Made by a program: the position numbers and the translations under genes. The notes beneath the pieces are model-generated. The model had not been told where the DNA came from. It did not search any database and was given only the letters and a program-made list of their open reading frames with translations. From the NCBI GenBank assembly GCA_038087875.1, contig CM075994.1, forward strand, positions 11,782,001 to 11,846,000: a stretch of 64,000 bases of DNA. Reading direction: 5' to 3'. Within the stretch, counting starts at the first letter, position 1, and every line of letters begins with the position of its first letter. This stretch comes from Malacoraja senta. Its lineage: Eukaryota. Below are positions 24,472-36,248 of this stretch, in pieces.

Positions 24472-25233
24472 TGCTAACTTTTTTATTGTCTGAAACATTT
24501 TTTTATTGGAGTCTATTCTCTCTATGTGGGGGGGAACTGTTTTAACCCCAGTCCTACCTGGTCGGAGATGCGGTTTTCCTCCTAATCGCGTCTCCGATCT
24601 CCCCATGCGGCCTTCCATCGGGCTGGAGCGGCGTACCTGCCGGGGACCACAGCTTCGGCAGCACAGTGCTGGGACACCAACGGGGAGCGGGCGATGCCTT
24701 GCCGGGTCGCCGCTCCGGAGTGCTGTGGCCGCTGACCACCAACATCGGGCAGCCGCGGTCTGTGGTTTGAGGGCATCCCGCCGCGGGCGGGCGACGCTGG
24801 ATCAGGAACACCGCGGAGTCGAAGCTCCAACCGGCGCGGCCTGAAGTCCGCGGGCGTCGCAGTCTCCGGGGAAGGAGCGGCCGCTTCAGACATTTTCAAG
24901 CTGCTGAGGACTTTTCCACCCGATGCGGGTGGGCAGACAACATCGGGCTGCCGTTGCGGCGGCTGGCTGCAGTGGCCTCAGACTGGCCCCGACCTCGGGT
25001 GGACTAGGAGGAGGAGGAGGACTGGACATTTTAGTGCCTTCCCTCACAGTGGAGAGTGTAGATTCTACTGTGGGGGGATGTTCGTGTTTGTGTAAAATCT
25101 CTTATAGTGTGTTGTCATTTTTTCTATCTCTTTTTATTATTTGTATGGTTAGTTAACTGTAAAGCACTTTGGCTTTTGATTTAATTCAATTGGAAAATGT
25201 GCTATATAAATAAACTTATTATTATTATTATTA
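24472..25233 (+). mobile_element. Non-coding, CpG-rich retroposon with an L2-like 3' tail (SINE or LINE 3' UTR) inserted in CR1 endonuclease
   Basis: Interrupts NDYDI|VGITET; ends gtaaagcactttgg...aaatgtgctatataaataaac(tta)n; no credible ORF. Confidence 0.7.
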
Positions 25234-25318
25234 TAGTTGGGATCACGGAGACATAGCTCCAGGGTGACCAAGGCTGGGAGCTGAACATCCAGGGATATTC
25301 AATATTCAGGAGGGATAG

Positions 25319-26481
25319 TGTCAAGTCAAACTGTAATGAAAGGTATTACCTGTCTCCAAGTTAAAGGGGGAGGAGTATTATGTATGTAATATAATTGGTG
25401 TTACCAGGCTCCAAGTTAAAGGGGGAGGAGTGTTATGTATGGGATAATTAGGATAAGTAATTCGTGTCTTGTGATGTCTGGGGCAAGTACGCAGGAGCAA
25501 AAAAGACAAGGTGGCGTTCTGCAGTAAAGAAGCTTGTATGATTCCTCCCGTGTCCGAGCCTTTATTCAAGACTGTTCAAAGCATCCGAATACACAACAAT
25601 TGGCGACGAGGATAAAAGAACGAAGATAAGAACAAGGCCAGCAAGAAGAATTGAAAACAAAAGTTAAAAATAGAAGTAGTATTTGGAAACAAGTGGAACA
25701 GCACCAAGCCAAATGGTTTTGAATTGGCGCCAAAAAGAAAAAAGGTAGAAACGGGAAGTTTCAGGGAAGAGCTAGGAAATCAAGCAGGGGCAGTAAGGGT
25801 CACCAAGCACGGTGTCAGCTTACCTGGAATGTATCCAGGGCTGTGCAGCCCACAGCCAAGCTCAAGCAGCAGCCACAGATGTCGGGTGGGGGCCTAGTAC
25901 CGTGAAGGCCACGGACAGGTCCAGAAAAGCCACCGACAAGAGGCTGAGTCTTCAGCCCAACTGGGAACAGTCAACCCGGTGGGGGGAGAAAGCAGAGAAA
26001 GCCCGGTCGAGAGCAGAGTCAGCCCGACCGTGAACAGAGAAGTGGAGATAAGCCAAGTTCCGCCCGGGGCTTTAAAAAAAGGGCACACAGCACCGGAAGT
26101 GAGGAAAGGACGGAAGATGACTTGCGGCTAAAAACTCGAACAGTATAATCTAAGAGACTGTCCTAAAAACTGCCGCAATCGCCAGCGAAGGCATGCAGGA
26201 CTGAATATCTACAGCGCCCGATTGGCAGCCAGTTTTTCACCTGCTAAAAGACTAAACTGTTAAATACCTTAAGACCTACAACATCCAAATGCCTTCAAAG
26301 TAATGGCTGAAGCAATAAATCAAGTGAAACTGTCAATTAATTGCCAAAATAAAAGGAGAAAACAAAATAATAAAAAAGAAGTGGTTTGGTCATTGAATGA
26401 ATCCAGTTCATCATTTCGGGGTGGATGAATCAGATCCCTTTCAAGCAGGGAATCTGCACAAAAACATTAGAAGACTTGACA
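25319..26481 (+). repeat. BEL 5' LTR
   Basis: Direct repeat of 40987-42158; 9-bp terminal inverted repeat. Confidence 0.94.
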
Positions 26482-26564
26482 GTGACCAGGACTGCTGTGA
26501 CCATAACTGCTGTGACCAGGAGGTCTGGAAACCTGGAAAAGAGACAGTTAAGTCAAGATAAATC

Positions 26565-28160
26565 ATGGCTGATGAAGTTACTGGAAAGTCAGCTGAGCAG
26601 CTCAAGGTGGAGAGGACAACAGCAAAACGGGCATTCTCTCGACTTGTTAACAGTATCATTAGGAACCATAAAGAAATGTCTGAAGAGGAGATCAGGAACA
26701 ATTTCAACAAACTCATGCAAGAGGCCGAAAAAGTCATGGAAGCCAATGACGATGTGGAGGCTGGACTCATTGCAGAGCTGGAGGCGGAGCTGGACGCAGA
26801 TGAGGAAGCTGTGTTAACTGATCAGCAAAAAGCCAACCTGGCAAAGACTGCAAAGGAGTGCGAGTCGAAACTAAAAGAGGTCAAAGGGCTCATCCAGGAC
26901 ACTCTATGGGCAAACTTTGGAAATGTTGAATTATCCACCTCACTACAGACAGCAGATGGTGCATGTGAATTTGCTGCTGCCACCGCACCATCAAATAGCA
27001 ACCAAGAAGCATATGAATTCATGCTTAACCACCTGAAGAAACTGGTAGAGACTGCAAAGGAGACGTACAGTCGGTGGAAACGTTGGGTCCCACTGGATGA
27101 GCAAGAGAGCTTCCAGAAACACTTAAGAACACTCGAGCTTCTCGTCCCCAAGCTGGTTTCCAGGAAGACTGACTTCATACAGGCAAGAATAAAGAAGCAC
27201 GCTGAAGGATTAGCACAAGCGGCGAATGCTTTCAATTATCCTTCACCAGCCATCAGACTGAGACCCACGGCCCTTCCTAAGTTTACTGGAAACAAACGTG
27301 ACTTTTATAGATGGAGGAAGGATTGGGAAGCACTGCAAAAGCAAGGTGAACCCACTGGATCAAATGAGGTGAAGAAGGTTCAATTGCTGGACAGTCTGGA
27401 GGACAAAATTACAGAGACCTCCGCCTAACAAGTTATAACACTGCAAATGATATCTTTCGTGTCCTAGAGAACCGGTTTGGAAATCAAACAGCTATTGCTA
27501 TTGAGATAGTGGAGGAGCTTCAGAGAATTCCACCTGTCAGAGGACATCAGCCACGTAAAATAGTGGAATTAATTCAAGCTGTGGAAAAGGCGCTTAAGGA
27601 CTTGAGCAATCTCGGAAACACAGGCGCTATTAAAAATCCACTGATGACAAAATCACTTGAAACCAAGCTTCCAGAAACCCTCAAAAAGGAATGGCTGGTT
27701 TATGTAGCTGACAAGAAGAATGCTGTGGCACCAGAGAAAGGGTTTGACAGTCTCTTGTCATTTCTCAAAGAGCAGGAGAGCATATACGAACAGCTCGAGC
27801 AACTGAGGGAGGAGGAGCCGAGTAGAAAGGAAACTCGGACTGAACCAAGACATGCCAGAACCAAGTCTACCAAGTCAGGAAATGACCACACAAGTTGTGT
27901 AGTCTGTGGTGACGTAAAGCATAAAATAAAGCTGTACTTCTGCAAGCAGTTTCGAGAGCTAAAGCTGACAGAGAAAAGAGCTGCAGTAAAGAAGTTGGGA
28001 GCATGCAAAAAGTGTCTTGAAGTTCATGATGATGGTTCATACTGCAAACCTGCATATCTGTGTAAAAATCAAATCTGCAAGGATGAATAGACTCCTGAGC
28101 ATCATTATTATCTGTGCCCCAATTATGAGATGAGGAAAAGCAGTGTGGATCAGAGCAGTG
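26565..28160 (+). pseudogene. BEL gag (DUF1759-like, three Cys/His motifs), frameshifted and truncated
   Basis: IRLRPTALPKFTG..DFYRW; CVVC..H..C, CKKC..H..C, CKNQIC..HHYYLC. Confidence 0.85.
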
Positions 28161-29502
28161 TGGACCAGGTGTATCGAGATGGGGCTCCTAATGGACCGTA
28201 TTAGGAACCTGGAGCAGCAGCTCGATGACCTCCGTCTGGTCAGGGAGAGCGAGGAAGTCATTGAGAGGAGTTACAGGGATGTGGTCTCTCCAACACCACA
28301 GCAGGCAGGCAAGTGGATCACGGTTGGGAGAGGCAAGGGGCACAGGCAGGGACTAGAGAGTACACCGGTGGCTGTACACCTTGACAATAAGTACTCCTGT
28401 TTGAGCACTGTTGGGGTGGACAGCCTACCTGGGGGTAGCGACAGCGGCCGGGCCTCCGATATAGAGACCTGTTGCTCAGAAGGGTAAGGAAAAGAAGAGG
28501 AGTGCAATACTAATAGGGGACTCTATAGTTAGGGGGTCAGACAGGCGATTCTGTGGATGCAGTCGGGAGACCCGGATGGTAGTTTGCCTCGCTGGTGCCA
28601 GGGTCTGTGATGTGTCTCAACGTGTCCAAGATATCCTGAAAGGGCAGGGAGAGGAGCCCGAGGTCGTGGTACATATAGGTACCAATGACATAGGTAAAAA
28701 AAGAGAAGAGGTCCTGAAAGGAGAATTTAGGGAGTTAGGAGGGGAGTTAAAGAGAAGGACAGCAAAGGTAACAATCTCAGGATTACTGTCTGTGCCACGC
28801 GACAGTGAGAGTAGGAATGGAGCGAGGTGGAGGATAAATGCGTGGCTGAAGGACTGGTGCAGAAGGCAGGGATTCAAATTTCTGGATCATTGGGACCTCT
28901 TTTGTGGAAGGTTCGACCTGTACAAAAAGGATGGGTTGCACTTGAACCAGAGGGGGACCGATATCCTGGCGGGGAGATCTGCAAAGGCTACAGGGGAGAC
29001 TTTAAACTAGAATGGTTGGGGGGAGGGACTCAAATAGAGAATGCTATTAGACAGTGTGTGAGGCAGGAGGCAGAGAAGGAAAGCACTCAGACCCAACATG
29101 TAGGGGGGAAAGAAGAAAACAATAATAAACAGAGAATAAGAGGTGGTGGGGTTCTTAAATGGGTGACTAGAGAAACAGAGGGGTGTAAAATGCGGGCGGA
29201 AGCAATAGGTAGCAAGGTGAAAAGTAAAAGTGGCAGGCAGACAAATCCGGGGCAAAAATCAAAAAGAGCCACTTTTCAACATAATTGTATAAGGGGTAAG
29301 AGCGTTGTAAAAACAAACCTGAAGGCTTTGTGTCCCAATGCAAGGAGCATTCGTAATAAGGTGGATGAGTTGAACGTGCAGATAGTAATTAATGATTATG
29401 ATATAGTTGGGATCACGGAGACATGGCTCCAGGGTGACCAAGGCTGGGAGCTGAACATCCAGGGATATTCAATATTCAGGAGGGATAGAGAGAAAGGAAA
29501 AG

Positions 29503-29713
29503 TGTAAAGACTTGTCAAACACGCAGTGTCTTCACTCTTAGTTTATTGCATACATTGTAGTCGTATACACACATATTGCCCTAGCTGTTCGTGGTCCGTT
29601 ACCGGAGCTAGAGAGCGAGCTAGGCGTGGGAAGGTTACAATTATACTGAAGATAATGGGGAGTGGTTAGTAGTGGTGAGGTCATTATGTTAAAGGAACAT
29701 GCACGGCTCTACA
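29503..29713 (-). repeat. Gypsy B 3' LTR
   Basis: Near-identical to 36038-36248. Confidence 0.95.
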
Positions 29714-30717
29714 TCCTTCCCCTTGAATCCTTGATGACAATGATGACAGTGAGACCACGACTCATACGCTAGACACAAATCCGCGCGTACATCGTCAGGA
29801 AAAAACTTGAAACATTCAAGCAAACTCCCCGTAATGTTCAGGCGGCTTGACCAGATGCCCGGAGCGGGTACGCAGCCCGCCTTCCCCCCCCCCTCCGAAG
29901 GAAGAGCAGGTACAGGAACAGGAGTGGCGATAGGGGATCCGAGAGGAGAATGAGCAGGAGAGGGAGGACGAGGAGACCGGGGAGGAGAAACGGGCGCCGC
30001 AACGGGCACGCGAGCGGGAGAGGTTTGATGGGGGGGGGGCCAGGAGAAGCAGCGGGAGAACGGGGCACCAAGGGCCGCGAGGGCAGAGTCCTGGGCATGG
30101 GAGGAGCGGTGGGCAAAGATGTGGCAACGGGGGGAGCAAACGGGGCCGCGGGAGGCGGAGCGGGCTCGTTGACCGGCAGCAAATGCTGGCGGGACCGGCG
30201 GTAGATGGTGCCCTCGTAGTCAACTAGGTAAGAGCGCGGAGAGTCTGCAAAGCCGATGACAACAGCCAGTCGGTGGTGTCCGGAGGTGGACTGCATCCGG
30301 ACGACCTGGCCCTTGAAAGGGGGCTGAAGGGGACGGCATGATTTGTCGTGGGAGCGCTTCTGGACGACCTGTTTCTGGGCAATGCACTCCAGGACAGTAG
30401 CAGGGCTGCGGACTGCGGGCTGTAGGGATCGCTGGGAGACAGGGATAGGAGGGCGAGTAGTGCGGGACATGAGCCATTGAGCGGGCGAGCCCATGGCATG
30501 GTCGCGACAAATATTTCGGAGATTCAGTAGAGCCAGATAAAAATCCGAATGCGATAGTCTGCAATGTTCCAGCAGCTCCTTGGCACTGCGGACATTCTGC
30601 AAGGCCGTTGCTCTGCGGGTATTCAGGGCTGCTGGTGATGTGGCGAAAGTTGTAGGCGGCGGCGAAGGCGCGGAACTCAGCACTCGTGAACTGGCCCCCG
30701 TTGTCAGACTGCAGAGT

Positions 30718-33082
30718 CACAGGAATGCCAAAGGTCCCAAAGTGGCGTTTCAGGTTCCCGATGACCGCAGCAGAAGTGAGGGAGTGCAGATGCTCAACCT
30801 CGAACCAGCTGGAGTAGGAGTCGACAAGGACCAGGAAATGTTTGCCACGCCACTCAAATATGTCCGTAGCGACCGCCATCCACGCCAGGTCGGGGGCAGG
30901 CTGTTGCAGGAGTGGCTGGCGTTACTGGTGGGGAGAGAGGGTATTGCAGGTTGAGCAGGCAGAGACCCTCTCCCGGATGTCCTGTGCCATGCCGGGCTAA
31001 TAAAATGGGCTCTGGGCCTGGGACAGGGTGGCATCGGCTCCGGGATGGCCGCTGTGGGCAGTTTGGAAATAGTGGTCCTGCAGTGCAGCAGGTACCACAA
31101 CCTTGTGGCCCTTCACCACCACGCCGTCCTGCAGCACAAGTTCATCCCGGACTAGGAAGTAGGGCGCAGCACCAGCCGGCAATGGTGAGCGACGGTCAGG
31201 CCAGCCATGACGGATGACGTCTACAAGCTGTTGCAGGGCAGGATCATTGGCAGTGTGGTGAATCAGGGACTGCATCTGCCGGGAAGGCATAAAGTTGACT
31301 TTTAGCACCACAGGAATGCCAAAGGTCCCAAAGTGGCGTTTCAGGTTCCCGATGACCGCAGCAGAAGTGAGGGAGTGCAGACGCTCAACCTCGAACCAGC
31401 TGGAGTAGGAGTCGACAAGGACCAGGAAATGTTTGCCACGCCACTCAAATATGTCCGTAGCGACCGCCAACCACGCCAGGGCGGGGGCAGGCTGTTGCAG
31501 GAGTGGCTGGCGTTGCTGGTGCGGAGAGAGGGTATTGCAGGTTGAGCAGGCAGAGACCCTCTCCCGGATGTCCTGTGCCATGCCGGGCCAATAAAATGGG
31601 CTCTGGGCCTGGGACAGGGTGGCATCGGCTCCGGGATGGCAGCTGTGGGCAGTTTGGAAATAGTGGTCCCGCAGTGCAGCAGGCACCACAACCTTGTGGC
31701 CCTTCACCACCACGCCGTCCTGCAGCACAAGTTCATCCCGGACTAGGAAGTAGGGCGCAGCACCAGCCGGCAATGGTGAGCAACGGTCAGGCCAGCCACG
31801 ACGGATGACGTCTACAAGCTGTTGCAGCGCAGGATCATTGGCAGTGTGGTGAATCAGGGACTGCATCTGCCGGGAAGGCATAAAGTTGACGTTTAGCACC
31901 ACAGGAATGCCAAAGGTCCCAAAGTGGCGTTTCAGGTTCCCGATGACCGCAGCAGAAGTGAGGGAGTGCAGACGCTCAACCTCGAACCAGCTGGAGTAGG
32001 AGTCGACAAGGACCAGGAAATGTTTGCCACGCCACTCAAATATGTCCGTAGCGACCGCCAACCACGCCAGGGTGGGGGCAGGCTGTTGCAGGAGTGGCTG
32101 GCGTTGCTGGTGGGGAGAGAGGGTATTGCAGGTTGAGCAGGCAGAGACCCTCTCCCGGATGTCCTGTGCCATGCCGGGCCAATAAAATTGGCTCTGGGCC
32201 TGGGACAGGGTGGCATCGGCTCCGGGATGGCCGCTGTGGGCAGTTTGGAAATAGTGGTCCCGCAGTGCAGCAGGCACAACAACCTTGTGGCCCTTCACCA
32301 CCACGCCGTCCTGCAGCACAAGTTCATCCCGGACTAGGAAGTAGGGCGCAGCACCAGCCGGCAAGGGTGAGCGACGGTCAGGCCAGCCACGACGGATGAC
32401 GTCTACAAGCTTTTGCAGGGCAGGATCATTGGCAGTGTGGTGAATCAGGGACTGCATCTGCCGGGAAGGCATAAAGTTGACGTTTAGCACCACAGGAATG
32501 CCAAAGGTCCCAAAGTGGCGTTTCAGGTTCCCGATGACCGCAGCAGAAATGAGGGAGTGCAGACGCTCAACCTTGAACCAGCTGGAGTAGGAGTCGACAA
32601 GGACCAGGAAATGTTTGCCACGCCACTCAAATATGTCCGTAGCGACCGCCAACCACGCCAGGGTGGGGGCAGGCTGTTGCAGGAGTGGCTGGCGTTGCTG
32701 GTGGGGAGAGAGGGTATTGCAGGTTGAGCAGGCAGAGACCCTCTCCCGGATGTCCTGTGCCATGCCGGGCCAATAAAATTGGCTCTGGGCCTGGGACAGG
32801 GTGGCATCGGCTCCGGGATGGCCGCTGTGGGCAGTTTGGAAATAGTGGTCCCGCAGTGCAGCAGGCACAACAACCTTGTGGCCCTTCACCACCACGCCGT
32901 CCTGCAGCACAAGTTCATCCCGGACTAGGAAGTAGGGCGCAGCACCAGCCGGCAAGGGTGAGCGACGGTCAGGCCAGCCACGACGGATGACGTCTACAAG
33001 CTGTTGCAGGGCAGGGTCATTGGCAGTGTGGTGAATCAGGGACTGCATCTGCCGGGAAGGCATAAAGTTGACGTTTAGCACC
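30718..33082 (-). repeat. Four tandem 591-bp (197-codon) in-frame copies of the RNaseH-integrase linker, zinc-binding domain and N-half of the integrase core
   Basis: Equivalent ORFs start at 30912, 31503, 32094 and 32685; VLNVNFMPSRQ...HFGTFGIPV is repeated in the 1105-aa ORF. Confidence 0.96.
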
Positions 33083-35528
33083 ATCAGGTCGGATGACTCG
33101 TACGGTTGGCGGGCAGTAGAAGCCAGCGGTGCGCGGGACAGCGTGTCGGCCACAAACATGTCCTTGCCCTTTCGGTACACGATTTGAAACGTGAAGCGTT
33201 GGAGCTGCAGCATCATACGCTGCAAACGGGAAGAGGGCACGTTGATCGGTTTGTTCAAGATCGTGACCAGCGGCTGGTGGTCGGTTTCAATAGTGAAAGT
33301 GTTACCCAGAATGTAGTCCTTGAACTTCGAGCAAGCAAACACCACGGCAAGGAGCTCCTTCTCGATCTGAGCGTAGCGTTGCTCGGTAGGAGTCATAGTG
33401 CGGGAGGCGTAGGAGACAGGTAGTTGCAGGCGGTCGTAGATTTTCAGGCAGGCAGCACCGAGACCGAAACTTGAGGCATCGCAGGTAAGGACGATGGGGC
33501 GCTTTAAGTCGAAGAACTTCAGAGTGGGGGTGCGAACCAGCCGGGATTTTAAGTCATCGAAGTCTGCCTGATGCAGCGGGTACCAAACCCAGGCAGTGTC
33601 CTTCTTGGTCAGTTCCCTCAGGGGCGCGCTCAGCTCGCTGAGGTCGGGAATGAATTTCCCCTGGTAGTTCACCATGCCCAAGAAGCGCTGCAGGCTGGGC
33701 ACGTTGACCGGAGCTGGCATCCCAGAGACCGCAGCTGTCTTCTGTGGGTCTGGATTTAGACCCTCAGCCGTAAAAATGTGCCCCACGTAGGTGACCTCCG
33801 GGACGCGGAAGCGGCACTTCTTCGGGTTCAGTTTGAGGTTGATCTCACGGGCCCGATCCAGGACTTGGCGGAGGTGGAGGTCGTGCTCAGCGACGTCTCT
33901 CCCGTACACCAAGATGTCATCGACGATGAAAGCACACGGCAGATGGGCAAACAGCTGCTCCATGGTGCGCTGGAAGACCTCGCTGGCAGAATTGATCCTG
34001 AAAGGCATGCGGAGGAAACGGAACCTGCCGAAAGGTGTACCGAACGTGGTCAGGAAGGATGAACGTTCATCCAGCGGAATCTGCCAGAAAGAGCTCTTGG
34101 CATCGAGGACAGAGAATACAGTGGCTGGGCCAACCTTTGCAGCGACATCCTCCACCGTTCGCATGGGGTAGTGCGGGCGTTTGATGGCAAGGTTTAGGTC
34201 CTTGGGGTTTATGCAGATCCGGATCTCACTCTTATCCTTCTTGGAAGCAACGACCATGGTGGAGACCCACCGGGTGGGATCACTCACCTCCTTGATGATG
34301 CCTACGGCCACCATCTGGCGCAGTCGACTCCACCCTGTCCTTCATAGCAAAGGAGACGCGGTGAGCCGGGCAGACTACCGAATGGACCTCCGGGTCCACC
34401 TCGATTTCGTACTTGCAGGGTAGTTTGCCCAATACATCGTCAAAACGGTTGGGGTATTCGCACATGGGATCCATGGGGGTCTGCACCAGGTGGATATCGC
34501 GGTGGAAGGAAACCAAACCGAGGTCCTGGCACGCATTGGCGCCCAACAGAGTAACATTCTCAGATTCCAGCAGGAGGAAAGAGAGGGGCCGAGAGGCATT
34601 CAGAACTGTGCAGATAAGGGTTGCCTTGCCGACCGGAAATAGCATGCTCCCCCCATATGCGTGGAGGCGGGAGTCGTCAGCAGTAATGTTCTCACCAGAT
34701 CTTATCTGCTCAAAGAGGCTTAACGACATAACATTTGCAAACGCCCCAGTGTCGACCTTGGCAGAAAAGGTCTTTCCATTCACAGTAACTCGAACTGATG
34801 GATCAGCTATCAAAGCATGTGCACCCAAGACTGAAAAAACACACGATTCATCATGGGTGGAGCTGTTATCAGAATCAGGGAGTTCGTCTGAAAGGTATTC
34901 AGAGCCATAAACACTATCAGTAGCAGTCAGGTTGTGTAGACTCCTTCTCGGAGCAGGGACAGGCTGGCCCCTGGAACGGCACACTGCAGAGAAGTGATTA
35001 AGCTTCTTACAGAAATTACAAGTCTTACCCAGCGCAGGGCAAACATTAAATTGCTGACTGACAAAGTTGCAGTTTGGGCATCGACGAGGGTTAGTCCTCG
35101 CGGGCGCGGGAGTGCTAAGCTAGCGTGGCGGGCCATCGCGCCGCGGGCGTTCAGCAGTACCGGCATAGTGAATGTCCTGAGCCTCAGGGGGAGATACGGA
35201 GTCGACAGCAGCAGCCATGCGAGAGGCATGCAAAGCGTCGTTTAAAGTGAGGTCCGGCTTTCTCAGAAGCTCTGCCCGTAGCTTCACGTCCTGTAGACCG
35301 TGAACTAGGACATCTCATACCATTTGGTCGGAGGGTCAACGTGTCCAGGCGGCAACGCCAAGCCAGGTGACGCAACGATGCAACGAAGGTGTCGATGTGC
35401 TCCCCGGGTTTCTGGCGCCTGCTGAAAAACTTGAACCGTTCTATAATGCAATTGGTCGGAATGTCACACAGCGCGGCAAATTTATTCGTGAGACATATCG
35501 GGTCCTCTGCATGCTCACCATCGGCGTA

Positions 35529-35752
35529 CAGAGAGCGGTGAATCTCTGGAACTCTCTGCCACAGAGGGTAGTTGAGGCCAGTTCATTGGCTATATTTAAG
35601 AGGGAGTTAGATGTGGCCCTTGTGGCTAAGGGGATCAGGGGGTATGGAGAGAAGGCAGGTACGGGATACTGAGTTGGATGATCAGCCATGATCATATTGA
35701 AGGGCTCGAAGGGCCGAATGGCCTACTCCTGCACCTATTTTCTATGCATCTA
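35529..35752 (+). mobile_element. CR1 3'-end fragment inserted in Gypsy B gag
   Basis: QRAVNLWNSLPQ..FKRELD and tail cctattttctatgcatcta; removing it restores gag FESFE-YADGE. Confidence 0.9.
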
Positions 35753-36037
35753 CTCGAAAGATTCAAAACGTTCCATGGCTTCCGGGCCAGCCAGGTTAAG
35801 GAGCAGATGTGCTGTAACCGCAGGGGTAGCATTAGGATGAGCGATGGCGACATAGTGCTGGAAGTCGCGCCGGAAGACAGTCCACCGGTGAACGATGTCG
35901 GAGTCAAACACCAGAACGTCAGGCTTACGACACAAGCTGGCCATAGTACATAAAGGGTTTGAACGGAAAATAAAAACTTGGAGAAAACAAAACAAACCCG
36001 ATAGACAGGAGACGCAGGGTTTAACTTTGTGACACCA

Positions 36038-36248
36038 TGTAAAGACTTGTCAAACACGTAGTGTCTTCACTCTTAGTTTATTGCATACATTGTAGTCGTA
36101 TACACACATATTGCCATAGCTGTTCGTGGTCCGTTACCGGAGCTAGAGAGCGAGCTAGGGGTGGGAAGGTTACAATTATACTGAAGATAATGGGGAGTGG
36201 TTAGTAGTGGTGAGGTCATTATGTTAAAGGAATATGCACGGCTCTACA
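36038..36248 (-). repeat. Gypsy B 5' LTR
   Basis: Near-identical to 29503-29713; followed on the minus strand by the PBS. Confidence 0.95.

Larger units (their letters stand above)
29816..35944 (-). pseudogene. Gypsy B gag-pol with frameshifts, a CR1 insertion in gag and an internal quadruplication
   Basis: MASLCRKPD gag start; VDTGA; IVDD; CDAS; integrase VDSYS/SDNG; C-terminal LRTRSGHLVKPP. Confidence 0.92.
29503..36248 (-). mobile_element. Gypsy LTR retrotransposon B (relative of Gypsy A), complete, minus strand
   Basis: 211-bp LTRs at 29503-29713 and 36038-36248; 5-bp TSD aaaag (29498-29502, 36249-36253); PBS tggtgtca (complement of 36030-36037); PPT adjoining 29714. Confidence 0.95.

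Noticed and set aside
25812..26088. ORFs within the BEL LTRs (also 41450-41755)
   Set aside because: Short, start at non-ATG codons, no domain signal; duplicated only because the LTR is.
30912..34423. Plus-strand ORFs across Gypsy B and the many antisense ORFs over other TEs
   Set aside because: Shadow frames of GC-rich TE coding sequence with no independent motifs.
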